Shown piece after piece: positions 19,211-29,514 of a stretch of DNA of 64,000 nucleotides. Position numbers and translations under genes: made by a program. Where the stretch lies: contig CBDCCK010000002.1 in the NCBI GenBank assembly GCA_965214835.1, forward strand, positions 1,280,001-1,344,000. The letters run 5' to 3'. Below the pieces are notes generated by a model. The model was given only the letters and a program-made list of their open reading frames with translations. It searched no databases and had not been told where the DNA came from. The first letter of the stretch is position 1. Every line of letters starts with the position of its first letter. The DNA comes from Nitrosopumilaceae archaeon. Its GTDB lineage: Archaea > Thermoproteota > Nitrososphaeria > Nitrososphaerales > Nitrosopumilaceae.

Positions 19211-20578
19211 TTATGTGGTGCCTCTGGGAAGGCCAGAGATCAGGGACTTGGCTTTAGATACATAGTTTCTCATCAGATCGTCCAGCTTTTCCTGGGAACC
19301 TGCCTCGGCATATACCCGAACAATGGGCTCGGTGCCGCTGGGTCTGATCATCACCCATTCCCTTGGGCCAGACGAGATCTTTATTCCGTCGGTGGTGTCA
19401 GAGCCGGGAAACTCGGAGCTGAGGCAATCAACAAGCCGCGCTGCCTGCTCCGGCGTGCACTGGATCTTGTCCTTGGTTGTGTATGAGGGTGGCAGGGTGC
19501 CCATCAGATCGGCAACAGTCATCCCAGATGAGGCCAGTAGATCAAGCATTAGTCCCAGTGCCATCACGCCATCGCGGACTTGGTTGTGCTTTCCGTACAT
19601 GAACCCCCCGTTTTCCTCAAAACCCAAAACTGCGCCAGTCACAACCATCTTACGGGAGATCTCCACACTGCCAACCTTTGTTCGAATCACAGAGGAATCG
19701 AATTGTCTTGCGATGGCCTCAATGGCGGTGCCTGAATTCAGGCAGGTTACAACCTTGGAGCCGGGGCTGTTTTGCAAGATATGACGTGCAAGCAACAGTG
19801 CGGATCGGTCTCCGGTCATGACTTCCCCCTTGTTATCGCAGAAAATACTCCTGTCGCCGTCGCCGTCAAAGGCGATTCCCAAGTCCGCGCTATTCTCCCT
19901 GACGGATTCGGATAGTTCGGACAGGTTTTGCGGCGTGGGCTCAGAACCCCTACCCGGAAAGCTGCCGTCGATGTTCCCGTTTATTGCAACGATGTTGCAG
20001 TCCAAAAGGCGGCAAAACTCGGGTGCGGCCACTGCCTGTGCACCGTTTCCCAGATCCAAAACAACTGTAAACTGCTTTGATTTGATTTTTTGAGAGCTTA
20101 TTTGTGAGACGATGTTTTTCAGATAGACGGGGATGGCACCAGGCTCCTCTGAGGTTTTTCCAAGGGCATCAGAGTACGGACTCCAATTTCTTTTAAGGTA
20201 AAGATCCTCGATGATCTTTTCATCATCCCGGGAGATCTCTACGCCGTCAGACGCACAGGGCTTGATTCCGTTGTACTCGGGAGGGTTGTGAGATGCAGTT
20301 ACCATGATCCCACCTGCGTACCCAAGTTTTTTTGTGGCAAACTCCAAGCACGGGGTAGGAACGAGACCTGCGTTGCTACAGTCCAGACCATGGGCGTTCA
20401 GAGTGGCACATACGGTTCTGGCAATCAAGGGGCTAGATGTTCTGCCGTCATAACCGACCAGGATTGGCCCCCTTCGGACAAATGACGAAAACGAGGAGAT
20501 TAGATCGTGGATCATCTCCAGGGTGAGATCCTTGCCAAAGACCCCCCGCACCCCATTGGTTCCAAACAACTTTCCCAT
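19211..20578 (-). CDS. Phosphoglucosamine mutase / phosphomannomutase
   Basis: FGTNGVRG, TASHNP, DGDGDR and RPSGTEP motifs. Confidence 0.93.
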   Translation of the reverse strand: MGKLFGTNGVRGVFGKDLTLEMIHDLISSFSSFVRRGPILVGYDGRTSSPLIARTVCATLNAHGLDCSNAGLVPTPCLEFATKKLGYAGGIMVTASHNPPEYNGIKPCASDGVEISRDDEKIIEDLYLKRNWSPYSDALGKTSEEPGAIPVYLKNIVSQISSQKIKSKQFTVVLDLGNGAQAVAAPEFCRLLDCNIVAINGNIDGSFPGRGSEPTPQNLSELSESVRENSADLGIAFDGDGDRSIFCDNKGEVMTGDRSALLLARHILQNSPGSKVVTCLNSGTAIEAIARQFDSSVIRTKVGSVEISRKMVVTGAVLGFEENGGFMYGKHNQVRDGVMALGLMLDLLASSGMTVADLMGTLPPSYTTKDKIQCTPEQAARLVDCLSSEFPGSDTTDGIKISSGPREWVMIRPSGTEPIVRVYAEAGSQEKLDDLMRNYVSKAKSLISGLPRGTT

Positions 20579-20624
20579 GTATCGTCTCAACAATAGATAA
20601 ATTTGTCTTTATTGGCGTCTCCAT

Positions 20625-20709
20625 GCGGGAGTTGCCAAGCCTGGTCAAAGGCGCAGGGCTTAGGACCCTGTCTTTCAGGAGTTCGTGGGTTCGAATCCCA
20701 CCTCCCGCA
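20625..20709 (+). tRNA. tRNA-Leu(TAG)
   Basis: GCGGGAG...CTCCCGCA; anticodon loop CT-TAG-GA; variable arm. Confidence 0.95.
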
Positions 20710-20993
20710 TACATCAAACCCCAGTGGTTGAAAATGTACGCTTTATGTGCCACCTGTATGGTGGTACTTACATCCATCCGCGGCTCTGCACGTATGGAAT
20801 TCTGCATGCCAAGGCCCCATGAGACGGAGGCCACAAGGAACAGCAGTACACTTCATCCATGGTAAAAACCCCCGCCGGTAACACGGTGATGTTCCTTTCG
20901 TCTTCTGATCCGTGCCTAGGCCGGGCTGTGCTTTATAGCTAACGCTAGCAACACGCACGTACCATTGTGCGGGTGGTGGGGCAGGATGTGATC

Positions 20994-22211
20994 CTACGCC
21001 GTCCCTGCCAGCTCGGTTATCCTCTTGATCTTCTTTTTGTACAGGGCGTCGCTGCGCGACGAGGACAGAGTCTTTGTCGTCAGCATGGGCCAGATTATCC
21101 TGAGCATCTTGTTTGCAACATGCGTTATCGCTATGACGTGGATGTTGCCGTTCCTTTTGCGAACCCTCTCGTAGAACTCCTTCATCCTGTCGTCGTACTG
21201 TACGGCGACGTTGGCTATCTGGATCATCAGCCAGTTGATCCTGCGATTTGCATCCTTTTTCATGTGGCCGTGGTACTCGCGGTCACCCGACTGGTACACC
21301 CTTGGACACAGGCCGGCCCAGGACACAAGATGGTTCGGTGATGGAAACCGAGTTATGTCGCGAATTGCACAGAAGGCCTTTTTGTCGCCGTAGGACACAA
21401 GATGGTTCGGTGATGGAAACCGGGTTATGTCCCCGATCTCTGCTAGCAGCAGCATTGCAGCAAACGAGTCTATCCCCGTCATGCTCAGCAGTATCCTGGC
21501 ATATTCGCTGAGTCCTGCCTGTCTTCCTATGTCCTCCCCTGCCTGGTCTATCTCCGCAAGCCATGCCTCGTACATCCTCAACACATCATCGATGTCTTCC
21601 TATGTCCTCCCCTACTTGGTCTATCTCTGCTGTGACAGATGCAATACTCCTGGTGCAGCTTGCCAGTATTCTGTTGTCGTTTGGCATGTCCAGTTTTGTC
21701 TCGGAAAGCTTTCGTATGGCCTTCCTGGAGTACATCGTGGATGCGTCTATGGCTATGTCGTACTTGTCAAGCCAAGCTGTGCAGCCCGTTTACGACTGAG
21801 GTCCTGTCCTGTACAAGCCGTATCCTGTACCTCATCAGCTCCCTGACATCCCTCATGTCTGGAGGGGACACGTAGCAGCGCGGCATGATTCCGGCCCTGA
21901 GCGTTTCGGCTATCTTCCTTGCGTCTATGGGATCAGTCTTTACACTGGTCTCCGATATTATCTTCATCTTGAGGGTGTTTGCCAGCAGTATGGGGATGTG
22001 CTGCTCCTCGAATGCCCTGAATGTCTTTAGCCACATGTTACCCGTTGACTCGCATGCGGCCTGGCACTTTTTGTACTCTTTTTTCAGCCTTGCTGCAAGC
22101 TTTGCCTCCTTGTACGTGTTGTCATACGAGCCCTCCTCTAGCACGTGTCCTTTGGAATCCACAACGCACACCGCATTTTCTCTTTCCAATGTCTATTCCT
22201 ATGCTTTTCAA
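20994..22211 (-). pseudogene. IS110-family transposase, full length but frameshifted
   Basis: IGIDIGK, CESTG, KTDPIDA, GIDSFAA..LAEIGDITRF and SWAGLCP..YQSG motifs across several frames. Confidence 0.88.
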
Positions 22212-22249
22212 TCCTTTTCTCTCAACCTCCTTCCGGATATGGTTTGATA

Positions 22250-22399
22250 GATCAGAAGCTGCAGTCATCCATCAGTGCGCGTAGCACAGGAACACAACAG
22301 CGCGGATATCCCCATTCAACTGAGTGCACAAAGCACATGAAAATGAAGGGGTTGATCCATCACCCGGACTACGGCGGGGGTGTTTTTATCATGTGTTCA
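22250..22399 (-). ncRNA. Candidate IS110 bridge RNA (5' non-coding end)
   Basis: Upstream of the IS110 transposase; alignable to 34943-35098 with compensatory stem changes. Confidence 0.6.
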
Positions 22400-22452
22400 A
22401 CTACTAAACCTGGTTGAAGAATTAATAAGGCAATTTTGCAAACCATACCACG

Positions 22453-23292
22453 TTGAAAACGACGGTGGGAATTACGGTGGTTGGAAAAGACAGGGAGGGG
22501 ATAGTCGCCGCATTTACGAACTTTGTGTTTGGGCAGCAAGGCAATGTAGAGAAGGTCAGCCAGAATGTTGTCAAGGGCCTGTTTGGAATGTACCTAGAGG
22601 CGTCATTTGGTAAAAAAATCAATGTCAAAAGTTTTGATCAGGAGCTGCAAAGACTTGCCAAGACGGAAAGAATGGAGGTCAGCACCCACCACGAATCAGA
22701 ATCGCAGAAAAACATTGCAGTCTTTGTGACCAAGGAACCCCACTGCTTGGAGTTACTGCTAAAAAACCAGTCCAAGCTAAGGGGCAAGATTGCAGTCATA
22801 GTGGGAACCGAAAAAACGCTAGAGTCGATGACCAAAAAGGCAGGGGTACCGTTCATCTGCGTAGAGGAGCGCACGCAGGCCAAGGCAGAATCAAGGCTGA
22901 TTGACATTTGTAAAAAATACGAGGTGGGCCTGATACTGCTGGCAAGATACATGAGGATTCTTACGCCAAATTTTGTGTGGCGGTATCCAAACAGGATCAT
23001 CAACATTCATCCGTCGTTGCTGCCGGCATTTCCCGGTGCAATTGCATACGAGCAGGCGTTTGAAAGGGGGACGAAAATTATCGGGGTGACATCACACTAT
23101 GTTACAGAGAACTTGGATCAGGGACCCATAATCTTCCAGGACGCGTTTGATGTTGGCTCCAGTGACACACTGGAAACAATAAAGAAAAACGGACAAAGGC
23201 TGGAGGCTACCACGCTTTTCAGAGCGGCCAAACTACACCTAGAAAACAAGTTAGAAGTGAATTGGAGAAAGGTCCACGTCAAGTTCAAGTGA
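22453..23292 (+). CDS. purU: Formyltetrahydrofolate deformylase
   Basis: ACT domain (DREGIVA), LARYMRIL, INIHPSLLPAF and DQGPII motifs. Confidence 0.93.
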   Translation: MKTTVGITVVGKDREGIVAAFTNFVFGQQGNVEKVSQNVVKGLFGMYLEASFGKKINVKSFDQELQRLAKTERMEVSTHHESESQKNIAVFVTKEPHCLELLLKNQSKLRGKIAVIVGTEKTLESMTKKAGVPFICVEERTQAKAESRLIDICKKYEVGLILLARYMRILTPNFVWRYPNRIINIHPSLLPAFPGAIAYEQAFERGTKIIGVTSHYVTENLDQGPIIFQDAFDVGSSDTLETIKKNGQRLEATTLFRAAKLHLENKLEVNWRKVHVKFK

Positions 23293-23296
23293 TTCA

Positions 23297-24022
23297 ATGA
23301 GGGGTATTTCTGCACAGTTTGATCCCGAGCTGAGGGGAGTGATAAAACAAAAAAAACTGACTGCAATCATTCCGGTGGGCTCCATTGAGCAGCACGGCCC
23401 GCACCTGCCGATCTCCACGGACTCGGAAATTGTCACCGAAATCGCAAGCAGGATAGGCTCCAAAATCAATGCGCTGGTACTTCCCACCATAACATACGGT
23501 GTATCGTTTGAGCACGCACCATTCTTTCATGCAAGCGTAAAAAAGCCAACACTGCAAAAACAGATCACAGAAATCTGCGAATCGCTAGGAGACGCCGGGA
23601 TAAGGAATATTTTTATCATAAATGGACACCATGGGAACCAAAAGGCTGTTTACCAGCTGGGCAAGAAAATATCAAGCAGAAGACTCAGGGTGTTTGAATT
23701 CTCATACTGGCATTTCATGGAGAGGTGCTTTGATCATGCAGGCTTTGTCGAAACGTCATTGATGCTGGCCATTTCAAAAAACGTCAAAATGGGGCTGGCC
23801 GAGAAGGGCCTCGATGAGAGGCAGTTCAGCGGGGCGGAGCTGGAAAGGATCGGCAGGCTGGCCTCAAAATCGTTTCCAAAGGCGACTAAAAACGGCATCT
23901 GGGGGGATCCAAGAGGCGCCACAAAAAGGGACGGACGGCAGATACTGTCAGAAATCGTCAGAAACCTGGAAAAAAAGTGTCAAACATGCCTAACAGGGCA
24001 AACGACCAAGTTACACCAATGA
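23297..24022 (+). CDS. Creatininase-family amidohydrolase (ArfB-like)
   Basis: PVGSIEQHGPHLP..TD, NGHHGN, DHAG..ETS and G.WGDP motifs. Confidence 0.9.
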   Translation: MRGISAQFDPELRGVIKQKKLTAIIPVGSIEQHGPHLPISTDSEIVTEIASRIGSKINALVLPTITYGVSFEHAPFFHASVKKPTLQKQITEICESLGDAGIRNIFIINGHHGNQKAVYQLGKKISSRRLRVFEFSYWHFMERCFDHAGFVETSLMLAISKNVKMGLAEKGLDERQFSGAELERIGRLASKSFPKATKNGIWGDPRGATKRDGRQILSEIVRNLEKKCQTCLTGQTTKLHQ

Positions 24023-24067
24023 AATTTTAATATAATCCCTGTCTATGAACGTCAATAAGTGAAATAA

Positions 24068-24301
24068 ATGTCCGTAGATATGGCAGTAAAAGTACTAGAT
24101 GAGAGTATCAGCAAGATAGTCTTGATCAAGCTCAAGGGCGGCAAGACCATCCGCGGCAGCTTACTCGGATTTGACCAGCACATGAATCTGCTACTCGACC
24201 AGTCAGAAGAGATCCCTTCTGAGGGCGACGCAAAGAGCCTGGGAACCATAGTTGTCAGAGGAGACAACGTGGTAATGATCTCCCCACCTCCATCATCATA
24301 G
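24068..24301 (+). CDS. Sm-like archaeal protein (Lsm)
   Basis: [10 protein letters not shown] and VRGDNV motifs; upstream of L37e. Confidence 0.94.
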   Translation: MSVDMAVKVLDESISKIVLIKLKGGKTIRGSLLGFDQHMNLLLDQSEEIPSEGDAKSLGTIVVRGDNVVMISPPPSS

Positions 24302-24312
24302 GGTGGATAACC

Positions 24313-24480
24313 ATGGTCAAAGGCACAACCTCAATGGGCGGCTTTACCAAGAAAAAGGTTCACATCAGGTGCAGGCGGTGTGGCAAGAACTCGTTCCATA
24401 AAAGGCACCACAGGTGCGCCAGTTGTGGCTTTCCAGAGGCAAAAATCCGTAAATACTCTTGGATCAAGTGGTACACATAG
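24313..24480 (+). CDS. rpl37e: Ribosomal protein L37e (absent from the ORF track)
   Basis: Manual translation: [55 protein letters not shown]. Confidence 0.95.
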   Translation: MVKGTTSMGGFTKKKVHIRCRRCGKNSFHKRHHRCASCGFPEAKIRKYSWIKWYT

Positions 24481-25350
24481 ATGCAGGAATTAGCAATCCT
24501 ACTCAGTTCTATAGCGGGAGCAGCATCAGCGGTCGCTGTAAGGAAATTTCCAAGGAATGCGACCAAGCTGCAAAGTATCGGGGCCGGCGCTCACATCAAA
24601 AATCAACAAAGTTCGCTAAAAATTGAAAAGGACATACTGAACAAGACCATTGCAAGGCTGTACGAGGACGACTCGGGTTTGTCAAAGATTCAAAGAGACA
24701 GGCTGCTACTAAAGTACCAGCACCAGCTCGGGATAATTTTGGCAAGGCTGGAAAAACTAGAGGCTGCAGGAAAGCATCCGGATCTGGGCCCCGTCGGCGA
24801 CGGTCTGATTACCCTGATGGATCAAAAGCTGTCGCAGTTAGACAGCAGGCTGTACGAGCTATCATCAAAGATTGCAGTCTCAAACCGGCAGGCAGCAGAG
24901 GAAAAAAAGGCGGCTGTCGGGGACGCCGAGAAACCAAGCCCGGTCAAAAAAATGCAAGAGGCGCTCAAGTTTGGCGAAGGGGGAAAGACCCATGCAATTG
25001 AAATTCCAAAGATGCGGAGGCCGATGGAGATTACAACACTGACGACGATACCTAAAAGCGCTCCAAAATACCCATTTGAGGAAAAGCCGCAGGCAGGACA
25101 GATCATAGAACCGCAAGAAATTCAAGCAAAGCCAAAGGCAGCCGGCCAGAAAGAAAAGATCCTTCAAGCTGGAGCAGGGATGTCAAAGCCCGAACACAGG
25201 CTGCCGGAACCAAGGGCACTGCCGGAACTAGGGCAGGAGGATGCCTCAAAAACTGCCGGCGGCGCAGAGGATGACGAGGACGACCTGGAAAAGATCAAGG
25301 GGGATATCTTGAAGACGCTGTCCAAGCTTGAGCAAGCCGAGGTGGAATAG
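24481..25350 (+). CDS. Hypothetical protein: N-terminal membrane anchor, coiled coil, low-complexity tail
   Basis: 289-aa ORF tightly packed between L37e and rpiA. Confidence 0.75.
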   Translation: MQELAILLSSIAGAASAVAVRKFPRNATKLQSIGAGAHIKNQQSSLKIEKDILNKTIARLYEDDSGLSKIQRDRLLLKYQHQLGIILARLEKLEAAGKHPDLGPVGDGLITLMDQKLSQLDSRLYELSSKIAVSNRQAAEEKKAAVGDAEKPSPVKKMQEALKFGEGGKTHAIEIPKMRRPMEITTLTTIPKSAPKYPFEEKPQAGQIIEPQEIQAKPKAAGQKEKILQAGAGMSKPEHRLPEPRALPELGQEDASKTAGGAEDDEDDLEKIKGDILKTLSKLEQAEVE

Positions 25351-26025
25351 TTGTCATATGATGATGCAGTCAATGCATTATCAAAGGACGCGCTGAGATT
25401 TGTCAGAGACGGCCAGGTTCTAGGGCTGGGAAGCGGCCGGGCCGCAACTGCCTTTGTAAGGGCGCTGGGAAGGCGCATCAAAAGTGAAAATCTGAATGTT
25501 AAGGGGATCCCGACATCGCTGCAGATCAGGATCACCGCAGAGGAAAACGGCGTTCCGCTAATCGAGGCCAATCAGGCCAGTGGCATCGACATAGTCTTTG
25601 ACGGCGCAGATCAGATCGATGCCAAAGGGTTCCTAGTCAAGGGAGGGGGCGGGGCCCTGCTGCGGGAAAATATCCTGATCAGCTCGGCAAAAAAGGTAGT
25701 CATCATGGCAGACAGGACAAAATTTGTAAAAAAGATCAGCATGGCGATTCCCGTAGAGGTCCACCCAAGTGCAAGAAGGACGGCGGCAGCGGCAATCCAG
25801 GGGATCGGCGGCAAGCCCAATCTTAGGACACTGGACAGGGGATATCCGTTCTTTACGGAAAACGGAAACATAATCTTGGATTGTAACTTTGGAGTCGTGC
25901 AAGACCCAAGGCGGCTGTCACAGCGGATCATCGGCATTGCAGGAGTCATGGAGGCAGGCATATTTGCCAGGAGGCCTGACGTAGTCTACAGGGCCAAGGC
26001 AAACGGAAAGTTCGACATCATGTAG
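25351..26025 (+). CDS. rpiA: Ribose-5-phosphate isomerase A
   Basis: GLGSG, DGADQ, KGGGGALLRE and TENGN..LD motifs. Confidence 0.94.
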   Translation: MSYDDAVNALSKDALRFVRDGQVLGLGSGRAATAFVRALGRRIKSENLNVKGIPTSLQIRITAEENGVPLIEANQASGIDIVFDGADQIDAKGFLVKGGGGALLRENILISSAKKVVIMADRTKFVKKISMAIPVEVHPSARRTAAAAIQGIGGKPNLRTLDRGYPFFTENGNIILDCNFGVVQDPRRLSQRIIGIAGVMEAGIFARRPDVVYRAKANGKFDIM

Positions 26026-27412
26026 AGGCCGGGCGCCTCACCAGCCTCCCGTGACCCTTTTTGCCGGTTACCTCAAAGTCCTCTGCCACGATTTCGCCCC
26101 TGACTAGAGTCTTTACCGGCCAGCCCCTAAGCTGCCAGCCGTCATACACGGCATAGTCAGAGAACCCCCCAAACATCGCGCCATCTACCTTTTTCTCCAG
26201 TTTCAGGTCAATGATTGCCACGTCTGCATCAAACCCCCTCTCAAGGGAGCCTTTTTGGGGATGCATTCCGAAGATACGGGAGGCGTTATAGCTGGTCAGG
26301 CCGACAAGACGCTCCAGTGAGATCCTGCCTCTGTTGACACCCTCGCTTAGCAGGATCGGCAGCACGGTGCCAATCCCGGGAAAGCCGGCAAGGGCCCCCC
26401 AAACGTCCTTTCCGCCGAGCTTTAGATTCAATCGGTTTGCAACATGATCGGTGCCAATACAGTCAACCTCGCTTGAGGATACCGCATCCCACATGGCAGA
26501 GACATCGGATTTTGAGCGTATCGGGGGCATTACCTTTGCAAGATATCCCTGCTGCTGCTCATAGGAGAGCGTAAGATAGTGGGGGCACGACTCTACGAAA
26601 ACCCTGGTTCCGTTTTGCTTTTCCTTTCTTATTTGCTCCAGTGCAGCCCGGGAGCCGACATGGACGAAATAGACGGTGCATCCAAACTCCCTGGCGTGTC
26701 TTGAGACCGTGGCAATGGCCTTTGCCTCAAACTCTGGGGAGCGACTCTCAGACCATGCAGACAGGCCGTCCCGGTTTTTTTCCCTTGCGGTCTTGATTCC
26801 GCATGCACATGACTCGTAATCCTCGGCATGGACGAGGACCGGGCATTTCAGCTCTGCTGCCCTCTTGACTGTACTGCGCACGACCTCATCGGTAACGTTG
26901 ACATGCGCGTCATAAAGTCGGCCCGAGCCCGGATCCATGTCCATGTAGACATGCCCGATATCATCGCCAAGGTTCATGTACAGCTTGAACGAGGTGATCC
27001 CGTTGTCGGTACAATGCTTCATCTCGCCGATTTGGTTTTGGTTGAAGATGGAGGCGTGGATTGTATAATCGACATAATGGGACTGTGCGCTTGCGGCAAG
27101 CTGTGCAGAAAGATCCCTTTCGTAAGAGCCCCCAAGGCGGAGCATGCGCATCATTGTTGTAATCCCGCCTATTGCCGCAGCGTGTGACTCGGTGGCAGCT
27201 GCCTTTTCTATCGGGGAATAGACACCGTAATGGACGTGGGTGTCAATCGGTCCGGGAATGGAGACTAGGCCCTTGGCGTTGATTTTTTTGTCACATGCAG
27301 GCACGTCACTAGTCAGGGCGGCCACCCTACCGCCATCGATTACAATGTTCCTGTCGATCACGCCGGAGGGCAACACGACGTGCGAATCCACGATTACAGA
27401 GTCAGCCGTCAT
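26018..27412 (-). CDS. Cyclic amidohydrolase (dihydroorotase/hydantoinase/allantoinase family)
   Basis: PG.IDTHVH, GGITT, SFKLYM, HAE, PPIR and GTDH motifs. Confidence 0.88.
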   Translation of the reverse strand: MTADSVIVDSHVVLPSGVIDRNIVIDGGRVAALTSDVPACDKKINAKGLVSIPGPIDTHVHYGVYSPIEKAAATESHAAAIGGITTMMRMLRLGGSYERDLSAQLAASAQSHYVDYTIHASIFNQNQIGEMKHCTDNGITSFKLYMNLGDDIGHVYMDMDPGSGRLYDAHVNVTDEVVRSTVKRAAELKCPVLVHAEDYESCACGIKTAREKNRDGLSAWSESRSPEFEAKAIATVSRHAREFGCTVYFVHVGSRAALEQIRKEKQNGTRVFVESCPHYLTLSYEQQQGYLAKVMPPIRSKSDVSAMWDAVSSSEVDCIGTDHVANRLNLKLGGKDVWGALAGFPGIGTVLPILLSEGVNRGRISLERLVGLTSYNASRIFGMHPQKGSLERGFDADVAIIDLKLEKKVDGAMFGGFSDYAVYDGWQLRGWPVKTLVRGEIVAEDFEVTGKKGHGRLVRRPAST

Positions 27413-27487
27413 CTTGACTCTTGTGGGATTTTATGGGTATTATGCGTTGAGTAAATGAATAAAGCACGGGGCGTGGGCAGACATTCG

Positions 27488-27559
27488 GGGCCGGTGGTTT
27501 AGGAGTATAACGCCGCGTTCGCAACGCGGAAGTCGGGGGTGCGAATCCCTCCCGGTCCA
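27488..27559 (+). tRNA. tRNA-Ala(CGC)
   Basis: GGGCCGG...CCGGTCCA; anticodon arm CCGCG-TTCGCAA-CGCGG. Confidence 0.92.
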
Positions 27560-27593
27560 TCAAAATATTGTACCTTTTATGCGTTCCAGGAAC

Positions 27594-27707
27594 ATGGAGA
27601 TCAAGATGAAGCTTACGATGGAGGAATTCGAGAGGGTGGGGCAGGCCGCCCCGCTTGACCTTTTCAACCAGGGGATCAAGGCGGAGATGACGCGCGAAAA
27701 ATACTGA
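27594..27707 (+). pseudogene. Possible N-terminal remnant of a tRNA-adjacent tyrosine integrase
   Basis: MEIKMKLTMEEFERVGQAAPLDLFNQGIKAEMTREKY* immediately after the tRNA. Resembles the starts of thaumarchaeal integrases (from recollection). Confidence 0.4.
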
Positions 27708-28095
27708 TCTGGACCCCGTATTTTCGAACCACTTTTTGGGCGTTTTTGCGTAGTTCTGGCATCATCTGCCTGCCTCCCTTTGGTGCCGTACGATGAACTC
27801 CATCGGAGTGAGATATCCAAGCGAGGAGTGTATTCTATCATGGTTGTAGTCCCTAAAGGCCTCCTTTATGACGTCTGAGGCGTCCTAGGAGCCAAATTCA
27901 TGAGGCCACAGGTACTCCCTCTTGATGCTTCCGTGAAACGACTCTATGTGGCCGTTTTGTTCTGGCGTCCTGTATGCTATGAGCTCGTGCCTTATTCCCA
28001 GCCGTTTCAGGGACTCCCTGAACATGCGCGACGTATACTGAGAACCGTTGTCTGTCCGCAGGGTCAGCATGCTGCAGTCCGGATCTGCTGCCGTA

Positions 28096-29514
28096 GTCAA
28101 TTCATAAAAAAACGAACAATTTTGACAACTGCTTTTGATCCAAACATTAAGATCAGGCAAACCATCGCACATGCATGGGAAAACAGGCAGAATTTGTGGC
28201 ATCTAGGGACAAATTCCTGGGCAAGCAAAGCACTCACGCCTTTGCAAGGCGTACTAGACCCGACAGTATGGAACACGACAGTTGTTGCTGCTGCAGTTAA
28301 TTCGTGCATGTGGAGTTTGACATACTGCCACACAAGACCCGACAGTATGGAACACGACAGTTGTTGCTGCTGCAGTAGTCAGCCCATCAAATATCGGAAC
28401 ATCTTTACCGGTAGGATCTCTCCGCTGGTAAACAGATTCCGCACGGACTGCTCCATCTCATCAAGCGTATCAAACACCTTGGCAGACAGCCTCCGCTTTA
28501 TCTCCCTCCACTGTATCTCTACAGGATTGAGCTCCGGCGTGGACGGCGGCAGGTACTCCAGTATTATCTCGCCCTTGTACTTTTCCAGCGTCTCCCTTAC
28601 GCCGACAGACTTGTGGTATGACGCATTATCCAGGAATATCAACACCTTTCCGTACTTTTCGTGCACATTTTCCAAAAAGTCGCAAAAGCTGTCGGTGTTG
28701 GTCTTGTCATAGAACATATAGTAGAATATGTTAACTGCCAGCACGCCGAACATGTACCGGCGCTGCCGTGACAGCGTCAAGGGCGCCGTGACGCTCATGC
28801 CGCGCCTGATCCACCCGTGTTTGGGGCTGTTTGAGGTCTTTTGTATGGATGACTCGTCTTCTGCCAGTACCGTATACCCTTGCGCCTCCTTTTCCCGTAT
28901 CAGCTCCTAGGATGCCTCCTTGAACTCGTTCTGCTTTTGTTTTGAGACGGCCTTTGGGTTCTTGGGCCTCGGCTTCCTCCATGAGAACCCAAGCTCGCGT
29001 GCCAGCAGCCGCGTGCCGCTCTTGCTGTATTCTATGCCGAACTTCTTTTTGATGTGCCGTCTCATCAGGCCCGAGTCCCACAGGCTGCTCTCAAAACCGC
29101 ACTCCTCGGATCCTGACTTGAGATCCGCCGCAAGCTGTTTCAGCTGCGACTCACTCAGCTTGTGCTTGCGTCCCCTGCCTGGCCGCTCGTGCCTTGCACG
29201 TATTCCCTCGTCCTGTGCGCGGATGAGCCACTTGGATATGGTGGAATGTGCCCGGTCGAGGTTCTTTGCTATCTGTTCCACACCGAGGTCGTCCTTGCGC
29301 TGCATGTATGCAAGCAGCCTGTCGCGCTTTCTCTTGTCTGTCTCCTTTTTGTATGCCTTGTGCAGGTAGGAGCGTGACGTATTTGGCAGGAATTTGCTCC
29401 CTGATGCTACGAATTCCTTTCTCTGTCTGTCCATGCATATGCGCATTCCTTGCCTGATCTTAATGTTTGGATCAAAAATAGTTGTCAAAATTGTTCTTTT
29501 TTTTATATATTGAC
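28096..29514 (-). mobile_element. IS630-family element with long TIRs; transposase 29434-28379 has one in-frame TAG
   Basis: TA flanks at 28094-28095 and 29515-29516; GFSWRKPRP, DES, DNASYH and PELNPVE.W motifs. Confidence 0.9.
28256..28376. repeat. Two identical 42-bp direct repeats separated by 37 bp
   Basis: AGACCCGACAGTATGGAACACGACAGTTGTTGCTGCTGCAGT at 28256-28297 and 28335-28376. Confidence 0.92.

Noticed and set aside
21320-21431. 40-bp direct repeat within the IS110 pseudogene (ITRFPSPNHLVS twice)
   Set aside because: A local duplication in a dead transposase; no evidence of function.
27535-27550. Atypical T-loop (GTGCGAAT) in tRNA-Ala
   Set aside because: All stems pair and the Ala G3:U70-type acceptor is retained; treated as a lineage variant rather than a pseudogene.
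28256-28376. Calling the 42-bp repeats a CRISPR array
   Set aside because: Only two repeats, no cas genes or leader, and no canonical repeat end. Kept as a repeat and as a speculative finding.
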